A stretch of 35,058 bases of DNA from positions 1-35,058 of the forward strand of contig JALJEE010000470.1 of assembly GCA_023231475.1 (NCBI GenBank). The letters run 5' to 3'. Below are positions 1 to 9,200 of this stretch, one piece after another (position 1 is the stretch's first letter; each line of letters starts with the position of its first letter). A model generated the notes under the pieces. That model saw nothing but the letters and a program-made list of their open reading frames with translations, searched no databases and was not told the origin of the DNA. The DNA comes from Seison nebaliae. Lineage: Eukaryota. Both the position numbers and the translations under genes were made by a program.

Positions 1-86
1 ACCGTATTTTTAATGAGCATAATCCTTTTGAATGATCCAAAATTTTGGAGCAATTTAAATGTGAAATAAGAAAATATCTACATGTA

Positions 87-218
87 TTTCCCATACGGAG
101 TCTACCAAATGGTCGGTCTACCAAATCTCCGTCTACCAAATCTCCGTCTACCAAATGGTCGGTCTACCAAATAGTCCCGTCTACCAAATGGTTCGTCTAC
201 CAAATGTCGTTTTCCCAT
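87..218. mobile_element. Possible small non-autonomous insertion carrying the array, with 8-bp target-site-like duplication TTTCCCAT
   Basis: TTTCCCAT at 87-94 and 211-218 flanks segment 95-210, which starts ACG and ends CGT. Mobility is inferred. Confidence 0.4.
100..205 (+). repeat. Tandem array of 7 x GTCTACCAAAT with 4-6 nt variable spacers (period 15-17 bp)
   Basis: Units read directly at 100, 116, 131, 146, 162, 179 and 195. Spacers are GGTCG, CTCC, CTCC, GGTCG, AGTCCC, GGTTC. Confidence 0.95.
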
Positions 219-904
219 CAACTTTAACTTATTTTTGAATTTTCAACATTATCTACCTTTACAAAGTTCTTCAACTAACATTATCAACTGGTTGACGACG
301 GAAATGTTTCATGTCAATTCGACAATTATCGAAAATTTCATCAAGAATCAAAAAACCGTCGACTATATTGTTACAGAATATGAATTCATGTAAACTCACA
401 AGTCTGTCCGGCTGTTTTAAACAAAACTCTACTATTGGTCAATATTCTAATTGGATAACTTTCACAATATTGAAATCAATTAAAATTTGATGTTTGATCA
501 TTCTTAATATGTTTGTGGATATTATAAAAATTATTTTATCGTCTGCTTAAAACGCAGAAAGTCGCGAGTTAAATTCTCGTTCGAACCTAAGTTTCTTCTC
601 TTAACTAGATTTTTAAAAAGAACGATTTAAACAGACGAAGTTCTTATTCGTACTAATAATATATTTTAATTATATGAACACATATAATAATTGGTTAGAT
701 TAACCATCAAGTAGATTTGATCAGTAACATTTATTTCCAAAAATTTTTGGGAATTTCAAATATTCCTTTTTGTCTCAATTTCCAACACTGTTTTTAGTGA
801 ATAATTTTTCACCTCCAAAAAAATAGTAAAAAAGAATTATTTCAAATGTGTAAAAAGTAAAAGACGAATGGAATGGAATGAATTACTATTGGAATTTCTA
901 AGCA

Positions 905-1935
905 TTAGAGAAATGGTTGAACAATATTTGTTATGAACCATTGATCAGAGAATTGTAAATGATTCCCATCAACCCCCAGAAATGTTAACCGATTCTTCTT
1001 ATTAAGATCTTGTAGACCTAAACGGTCCTCTTTATAAAGTTCACTGTCTACCAATGGCGTAATAATGTCGGTGGAGTTATTTGCATAGAAACCGAACCAC
1101 TAAAATCATGTACTTAACAGATGAAATAGCAAAGAAAAAACTTCAGTTTCTTTTGGTATGACCATTGTATCTTTTAAAAATTTAACTAATACAAACTGAT
1201 TCAATGATAAAATATTGGACTTATAAATAGGATTGATGGATTGTTCTTGATTAATGTCAGATAGGAACATATTTTTTGATCGATATTCCTTCTCATTTAA
1301 ACTATCATGCCAATATTGTGCTTGAATGATATTATGTTGAGAGTAACGGTCATAAGCATCTGTTGAGATCTTCTCAGCAATCCATTTACATAAATGGAAG
1401 AATTTAGTAGTACATCGTGGAAGACCGAAAACACCTTGATGTTGTCCACCTAAATATTATATAGAATTTTAGTTATTTTTCTTAAGTAGAAACCGATGGA
1501 AATTAGATTGTTCATTTGAAATAAATTATCATCAGAACGACATCGTTGAAGAAGACCTCTCAAAAATTGAGCACCTTGAGAGAAGCCAATTGCATTCAAT
1601 TCTTTTCCTTTAAGATTCTCATCATTTTTAATCATTTTACAAACATCATCAATCTACATGGACAAATTATTAAATTTAAATAGTTGTTAAATGAGAACTT
1701 GTTCGTTGACATCTCCAACAAACGAATGAAGAATATCTGATGATTGACTCTTACCAATTTCAATGGATTTGATATAAGTATTATTGGAAATATGTTCTCG
1801 TATCAATTCGATGATTCGTCCCATTGATAAGGGATTACAGCATGAATCACCCATTCCATGCCAAATGATTATTGGTCGATTACATTGCACATAAGTGATG
1901 ACGAAAAAAAAGAGAAATGAATGAAAATTCGTCAT
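905..1935 (-). CDS. PPT1: Palmitoyl-protein thioesterase 1 (299 aa, 4 exons; introns 1654-1698, 1450-1493, 1100-1141)
   Basis: Signal peptide, then IIWHGMGDSCCNPLSMG, GFSQG nucleophile elbow, LISIGGQHQGVFGLPRC, DTMVIPKETEWFGFY and GNHLQF, so the Ser-Asp-His triad is intact. Three GT-AG introns (45, 44, 42 nt) restore a 900-nt frame ending at TAA 905-907. Confidence 0.96.
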
Positions 1936-2084
1936 TTAAAAGGAAAATAAAAGAGTATCTGGTAATTATTGAACGATTTTTAATGAGTAACAATTAAGTA
2001 AAAAATCTTTGGAAAAACATCTTCTCAAATGGAGGAAATTGGAGGAAAAATAAAAAGGTTTTTTCATTATAGTTCCAATGGAGA

Positions 2085-3124
2085 TCAGTAAAGCATTTCC
2101 ATTATCCTTTTACTTCGACTCATCCTTAAAAGAAAATCATTCGACATTTTTAAATAATAATTAATAAATCTAACCAATTCTCTTCCGAATCTTTCATGAT
2201 TTCACAATATTTCTCAGATTGATTATCTTCAACAATATTATCTCGACTTAACCAATCGGCATCAGGAATTAATGATGATTCTTCGTGTCCTGATAGATTT
2301 CTTTCATTCAATTTCTCCACAACTTTCCTCAACACTTTCGAACAAGATTCATTAATTCTAAATCGAGCTGCACCGTCTTTCGCCGTTTTCTGATAATTGA
2401 TGATGACTAATTTAGCGGATGGGGGCCACAACTGAGGATAATGATTCAGAATCGACAGACTACTTCCGATACAAATGATTAATTCGACTTTTGGTAAGAA
2501 GTGATATAATCTTCCCCAATTGTATGGCCAATACGCATTATCACTGGGAGTATTCTCTCCTCCATAAATAATAGTATCATTCAAATTCGATCCACAATCA
2601 TCACAATTCCCACCGGTTGTATGTCGATCTAATTTAATTTTCTCCTTTCCATCTTCATCCAAATTTCTACTATTTCGAGTTCGATTACACGTTACATCGA
2701 ATGGACGATAGAAATGTTTGTGACAACTCCGACAAATTTCCACCGTATAATTCCCGTGAATTTCCGAAAGATATTGTTGATCGAGACCACTCTTTCTATG
2801 GAGATTATCACAATTCTGAGAAAGAATATGATCGATCCATCTCTTCTCCATCATCTCTTTCAACAATTGATGGGATAAATTTGGTTCTGCCGCATGTAAC
2901 TTTTTTATAATGGACTTAAAATCTGGTTTGCCATTTCTCATGTACACTCCACCAGTTCCACGATAATCAGGAATCTGAGACTCGGTCGATAATCCGGCGC
3001 CAGTATAAACTAACGTACATTTCGATTCTTCAATCAATCGGCATAATTCGTCTACTTTCTCATTGGGAGCTAATTTAGAATTGGTGACTTCTGTTATGTG
3101 GCTGGTTACCTTGGCAACCGCCAT
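2085..3124 (-). CDS. SIRT7: NAD+-dependent deacylase, class IV sirtuin, SIRT7-like (about 329 aa; probable 3' intron 2125-2174)
   Basis: LVYTGAGLSTESQIPDYRG, SQNCDNLH, catalytic EIHGN, Zn cysteines CRSC/CDDC, RPFDVT...RHTTG and CIGSSLSILNHYPQLW resemble SIRT7 more than SIRT6. First ATG is at 3124. The last exon (WMSRSKRIMEMLY*) is inferred from a GTTAGA...TTTAAG intron; the unspliced stop is at 2150. Confidence 0.88.
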
Positions 3125-3351
3125 AACTTTAACGAGAAAAAAATTTAATAATAAGAAAAAGATGATCTGTTCAAGAGAAAATATCGTATGGATTGAAAGT
3201 GATGATATAAGTGAAATGAAGCTAGACAAATTATATGGAGCCAAAAAAAAAAATTCTTTACAATCGGCGAAAAATTTCCAGAAGAAAAAATTTCGTGAAG
3301 AAAAAATTTCCTAAAGAAAAAAGTTTGATAAAAAGAAACAAAAAAAAGTTC

Positions 3352-4401
3352 TTAATAAATCTCATTAGGTGATGATTCGTGGAAACTGATACTCTCCCAA
3401 TCATCCGTCATTTTCCACAACTGCAAATTGTTGTTGCCATGAGCCACGGCGAGAATATTTGAATCATTTTTAAAAATCACTTTATATATTGGCTCATCGT
3501 ACCGTTCGATGATTCGTGCATTCCAACAATTGATCGCTGTTTTCCCTCGTTTAGCGATGTCTTTGAGGGAAGCTGATTTACATTCTCGTAATTCGCCACT
3601 ATGCGAACCAGAAGCGATTACTATTTGAGAATCGTTGCCATACAACCACGGATACCAGCAGATATCCCGAATCGTATCCGTTTCACTTTTGATGGTGGAG
3701 AGTAATTCGATGGAACATTTTTCCATATCTTCACATTTGAAAAAATAGACACGAATCTCTCCATTCATCAAACCGACAGCAAATAAATGTTGATAGAAAG
3801 GACGAATAACATCGCCCTTATATTGACAATCATTCAGTGATCGATTAATCAAATATGATAATCGATATGCTGCCCATCGGATGCAGAGAATGGAACAATC
3901 TTTTACCACTTCAAAATTGATACATTCACCATATTTTCCATCTTCTTTTCTCTGATACATATGTACTCGTCCATTACTTAATGAACAACTAAGAATCATT
4001 CCAATTTCTGGTGGTGTCCATGACAAATCATTGACACTAATTCGATTATGATCGAAAATTGATAATTTTTTGAAAAAATCATCAGTACCATCCCAAATGA
4101 TCAATTTACCATCATTGCCACAAGAAGCAAAAATCGTTCCGTAAGTTGGATGTGCCCAATCCACTCTCCAAATCGATGACGTGTGTTCGTCAAGACGTTG
4201 AATCAATTGAGCGAAAGGCTCCACATTTCTCGTCTCGTTATTCTCGTCATGAGTGGACGAGTCGATGTTTTTGTTTATCGCATAAACTCTCACAATGTGG
4301 TCAGCACCAGCAGTTACTAGACGTGTATTATAGTAGTTAGTTGAAACGTCATATACACAACCTTCATTCCCACAAGGGAACGCACGTCGTAAATAATTCA
4401 T
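3352..4401 (-). CDS. SEC13: SEC13/SEH1-family WD40 protein, SEC13-like, divergent (349 aa, intronless)
   Basis: NYYNTRLVTAGADHIVRVY, IWRVDWAHPTYGTIFASCGNDGKLIIW, SVNDLSWTPPEIGMILSCSLSNG and NILAVAHGNNNLQLWK follow the SEC13 blade pattern. First ATG is at 4401. Confidence 0.78.
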   Translation of the reverse strand: MNYLRRAFPCGNEGCVYDVSTNYYNTRLVTAGADHIVRVYAINKNIDSSTHDENNETRNVEPFAQLIQRLDEHTSSIWRVDWAHPTYGTIFASCGNDGKLIIWDGTDDFFKKLSIFDHNRISVNDLSWTPPEIGMILSCSLSNGRVHMYQRKEDGKYGECINFEVVKDCSILCIRWAAYRLSYLINRSLNDCQYKGDVIRPFYQHLFAVGLMNGEIRVYFFKCEDMEKCSIELLSTIKSETDTIRDICWYPWLYGNDSQIVIASGSHSGELRECKSASLKDIAKRGKTAINCWNARIIERYDEPIYKVIFKNDSNILAVAHGNNNLQLWKMTDDWESISFHESSPNEIY

Positions 4402-4889
4402 TTTCAAAATCAACTCGATTTCTTATTTTCTTCAATCAGCTTATTATTTTTATTTCCTACACCACACTGTTCATCTATCAAAAGACATTCGTCTAATGAT
4501 CTCTCATTTCCATACCAAGTCTTTAAAATTATCTTTCATCGAGTCTTTATGTCTCATGGAGTACAACTGTTCAATTCTCCTTTGAAGTCTCACACAGACA
4601 TACACGCACAGACAAGTAATTTGTGAGGAATATTTCTTTTAGAAAAAAATATTTTTTTTCTTTGATAAACTACCAAATTTATTAATAACATTCTAGTTTT
4701 ATTTATTAGTTATTATTTTTCGACTATCAATTGTTCCAAATTTCTTATATTTCTAATTCAACTGACATCAAATAATTCATCTAATAATTCTATATTAGTA
4801 ATATTTAGTTCTCCCTTTAAGAAGAAAGAGAGAATAAATTTCAAAACTCGAAACTATATAATTTTTTTTAAATTATTCAATTCATTTTC

Positions 4890-6299
4890 TCAATCCAAAT
4901 TATTTCGGTGTTTAAGATGGTTCGATATAAGAATGGAGAGAAGGGTAATAAGTGCTACTAGTAACATTGATCCAATAATGATGAATATGATACCTCCGGC
5001 CTTGTGTAAACCTTTTGATGGTGATTTAGGTGGTTTAGTAACAATTAATTCGGATGTAACTGCCGATTGACTACTATTAAAATTTAGAAGAAAATTACAA
5101 AGAGAAATTAAGAAAAAAATAAACTCGTCTTCAATTTGTTCTTGAATAATTGCAATTTTCTTCTGTTCGTGTGACGGTCCTTCTACAATGATGTCTTTTT
5201 CGACCAATTTAGTTATCGGTTTAGTGTAGACGTAATTGGCGAATATTTTACGATCCAAAACTTTATCTTGATTTGGGAGAACTAAAGTAGAATGATAAAA
5301 TTGGAAGTTGGTTGGGAGGAATTCTCGTTTTTTCAACAATATTTTTGAATGAATCAAATCGGCATTGCAGATATCAGGATTTTTGAGAAAGATCTGATTC
5401 CAAGGTGTTAATGCCATCACCTCTTGAATGCTAGGACGTAATATTCTTTGAGTATTAAAAATTTCTACAAAAAAATCTGGTATCCGTCCTGTTGATGGTA
5501 TTTGTGCGATAGTTAACCGATTATTAGGACCATCACAATGAATCATAATATTGTGATATTGGAAATAACGGGAATCTCTATAACATTCCCAACTACGAAT
5601 AATATCATAATCGAGGGAATATACGACTATATTATGAACATGATGCACATCCAATTTCAAATAACTGGTATAGAAGAAGATTCTTAACATTCGATTAGTT
5701 CGCATAAAAACATTCGACTTGAATATAAAATGATCTAATTGTCGGATATGTAACGCTTTCATTTGCATGTTTCCAGCGAGCGATAAATCGTTCATCAAGA
5801 GTCCACCGTTACTAACTGATGTGGTGGATAGAGTGGCTACTCTCAGTCGTGGCATATGATTCAGAAACAGATTATGATACACAGGCACACTGAACATTTT
5901 TACGGTTAATGTTTGTAACGTTGTGAAATTATCCCAGCACACATGTGACAAATGACGATTAGTAAATAAAATATTATTTAATTCCAAATGTGTGATGATT
6001 GGTGCGTGAATATTTTGAACAAATAAATTCAATTTTTTCTGAGTTAAAACTTTTGACATTCTCATAATAATTCCTATATATTTCCTTCTGAATTTCTTGT
6101 CTATGTTTGAACGTTTATGTAGAATTGAATCATCGAAATCCAATCGTAATGATTTGAACGAGCCGATTTGTCCCAAAGGAAATGATTTAGAAAAATTATG
6201 TTTTGTCCATTTGACGTAACCCTTTTCAGACTGCTGGTACGAACATGAAAAACGTACGATTATAATCAGAAAAAGTAGTTCAAATTGTAAGAATTTCAT
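4890..6299 (-). CDS. Orphan type I single-pass membrane protein with degenerate LRR-like ectodomain (about 452 aa after probable intron 5074/5071-5124)
   Basis: 1410-nt ORF with an N-terminal signal peptide, LxxLxL-like units (ITHLELNN, LQTLTVK, LRVATLS, MKALHIR), a C-terminal TM segment (GGIIFIIIGSMLLVALITLLSILI) and a 10-aa tail. The CDS is well supported; the LRR call is tentative. Confidence 0.7.
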   Translation of the reverse strand: MKFLQFELLFLIIIVRFSCSYQQSEKGYVKWTKHNFSKSFPLGQIGSFKSLRLDFDDSILHKRSNIDKKFRRKYIGIIMRMSKVLTQKKLNLFVQNIHAPIITHLELNNILFTNRHLSHVCWDNFTTLQTLTVKMFSVPVYHNLFLNHMPRLRVATLSTTSVSNGGLLMNDLSLAGNMQMKALHIRQLDHFIFKSNVFMRTNRMLRIFFYTSYLKLDVHHVHNIVVYSLDYDIIRSWECYRDSRYFQYHNIMIHCDGPNNRLTIAQIPSTGRIPDFFVEIFNTQRILRPSIQEVMALTPWNQIFLKNPDICNADLIHSKILLKKREFLPTNFQFYHSTLVLPNQDKVLDRKIFANYVYTKPITKLVEKDIIVEGPSHEQKKIAIIQEQIEDEFIFFLISLCNFLLNFNSSQSAVTSELIVTKPPKSPSKGLHKAGGIIFIIIGSMLLVALITLLSILISNHLKHRNNLD

Positions 6300-9200
6300 G
6301 GATTAGTTTAGTTGACATATATCGGAAATGGAATGAAAGTGACAGTTTACAACTTTACAAGAAGAAAAAGGAAATTTGCAAGAACCAAGACAAAGAAACT
6401 GAAATGTTTAGTTTCCATTTGAAAATGCAACTACTTTAAACTCAACTTCCATTCCATTCAAAACTTTCATCTTTTAATTCATTCGAACAATATTAAGACA
6501 ATTCCTATTAAGAATGTCTGATCGAAACGGAAGAAACAGGAATGACCGTTAATTAACGCAATCGGTACAAAAACTTCAAATTTGAAACTGTCAGAATTTT
6601 CGTACGAAGCAGAACGTTTTAGAATATAGTACGTTTATCGACTGATCAAAAAACAAATTTCACTAGTCAAATTTTGTTCTGATAATTAGTTGTGGAAATT
6701 GTTGGATTATTTGAGAAAGTTAAGAATAATGTCTGATAGATTTTGGACAGATTGAAGAAAAGTTGTTAAAATAGAATTTGAAAATTCTAATAAAAATTTA
6801 TGTGAGAAAGAAAGGTAGAAAGAAGGAATTATAGGCAATTTCTCAAAATTTCATTTGAATATTAAAAAGAATTGGATCTCTCATGTGATTAAAATAAATG
6901 TCAAGATAGTTGGAGATGTTAAAGATGACGCGTTCTGGGAAGATCGTTAACATTTTAACTTTGAACTTTCTTGAAACGTCGAAGAAACGCGCAATCTCTA
7001 TAGCAACGTTGTAAGGGAGAATGAAGCTCGATTACTATTCTCGTATGGACATGCGAAATGAAGCTATTGTTGCTTCGTTTAGCTTCTCTCCCAATGGGAG
7101 AGACTCAATGAGAAGTGAATAAAGACGCTTGTGAAATTTTTTTATTCAGCGTTAGCATGTTGGTTTAGGACTTTTCAAAGAATTGAATGATTCTCCTCAC
7201 AAATAATACACTGTTCCCATTCTTACATTCGATTACGAAAGAAACTGTCTATTATTTCCAACAAAAAAAACAGCGTTCCTTCCAGATGTTTCAAAGAACA
7301 GATTAATGATAAAATTTAATATAACAATTAATCGCGATCTTTCTATCAAAATGGTTATGGACATTTATGTTGATATAAGTTTTAGTAACGACAAGAGAGA
7401 TTATTGTCTCGTCCACAGTCGATGGTGGGAGATATAATTGAAAAAAATTGAATTGCTTTCGAATGGAAATAGATAGGAGGAAGATATCTCGATGAAATGT
7501 TTTGAAACAATTAATCGAATAAATATTGACATTAATATCGACTGATCGTAAGGATAAGTGGCATTAATATTGAACGTGTAACTGCGAGAGATGTCCATCA
7601 TTCTTCCACCGGCAAACAATTATTGACGATAGTAGAAAGGGAATCGTTCAGTGCACATTTATACGCGATATTTTGTGCAATTAATTCTTGTACAAAAAAT
7701 TCTCCTTTCCAATACTCCAATAATACTTCAATGAGGTATAGCTTAAAGAGTCCTGTTCCCTAAGATGGTGGTAGTGGTAGTATGATATTGGAATATACAG
7801 AAGGAACGTATATTTCATTGAATTTGATATTGTCGTTAGGACTTGTCGTTGTATGTAGCAACCGATCTCTACGCAGCATCCACACCAGTTGATGATATGT
7901 AGAGAGTGTATATGTCCAAATGTTTTATTGTTCATCTTAATATTTATTTAATTCCTAATGGCACAGATGAATTGGCATCTGCTGCTCTTATATATTCTTA
8001 ATACTGAAAACGTTATTATTAATATTCTCAACTACATCCGCCCCAAATGCAAATGAATTGACAATCACATTTCATTGCCTTCTCCTCACTTCCATCCGCT
8101 CCTTTTCCTGTGCCATAAGCGCTACACTTCAACGAACAAATGACATCGCGCTTCTATATTCCGTTCACTGTCAATTCCACTTCGTTGCTCTCCATCGTAT
8201 TCTTCTTCTTCTCCACACACGATATTAGTAATAATCTGAAGATTATTAAACGAGGAGAATAATTGGAATAATAGCTCCATCATTTATTTGCCTTATCGAT
8301 GTGTGCAAACAATGATGCATTTGGAGAAAACGTTCCCAAATAATAATTATTATTATTATTAATGTCTCTCATACCGACACTTCGACTCCTATCATTAACA
8401 AGAATTTCCTTTTATGCATAGTGATTAACGACAATCCCCACTAACGATCAATAACACTATCGACCGAAGTGTTCTTTTTCCCTTCTAATTGTCGGTCTGA
8501 TATTTTCCCATTGATGACGGTGCACTTATGATCGAGCAAGAATATCGTGCCACCTGGCCTCATCTTCATCCTAATTTTCCTTCTTCTCAATTGTTTTCCC
8601 ATCCAACTTCATTTCATAAACATTTATCTTTTTTCTATTGAGCACCCACCAGTCTTCAAATAACCTTTCTGAACTTTAAATTGTTTTTTATCATTTACAA
8701 ATTTCATTTCATCACAATGTTAATAGTTTCCCCCGTTTCAAATGATCTGATCATTATAATCATCTTAATTTCCCTTCAATAAATTTTCGATAAGATAATT
8801 TCAATCTGAATAAAGTTTATTCAGAATGACTGAATATTGTGCATCAAATATGCATGAGTTTTCAGAAGTAACAAGGTGTAGAAAACAATTCGTAAGGAAT
8901 AAATTACACAACGTAGCGCAATGAAAGAGAGATGATTCTGAAATACATGCGTGTCTCTCATAGAGAATTTAGAGTTGTAAGAAAAATTGGAGGAAGCTTC
9001 GCTGTCGTATGTGTCAAAAGAGAATGTATGAGAGAACGTCATTTGGTTTCTGCGAATGCGCTTTTCCCTTAGATTTATCACGCACGCAGTTGCGTCTCGT
9101 TTATTTGGGATCAGCGCGCTGCACAAATTCCCTTTCTAATAGTTAGCAATCCCAATTCTCTTTTCTTTCCCGTAATTGACAGATTACTGCCAAATGCAGG

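Noticed and set aside
100..205. CRISPR-like repeat-spacer array
   Set aside because: Repeats of 11 nt and spacers of 4-6 nt are far too short, spacers recur, there are no cas genes, and the context is eukaryotic.
45..227. 60-aa ORF with STKSP repeats
   Set aside because: TTG start; it is merely the translation of the tandem array.
3125..3244. Hydrophobic N-terminal extension of the sirtuin ORF
   Set aside because: Non-ATG start; it is a translation of T-rich intergenic DNA.
6514..6690. Possible spliced micro-ORF (MSDRNGRNRND|QFSYEAE...) with a 47-nt GTT-AG intron
   Set aside because: Product is under 30 aa with no homology; such GT-AG pairs arise easily by chance.
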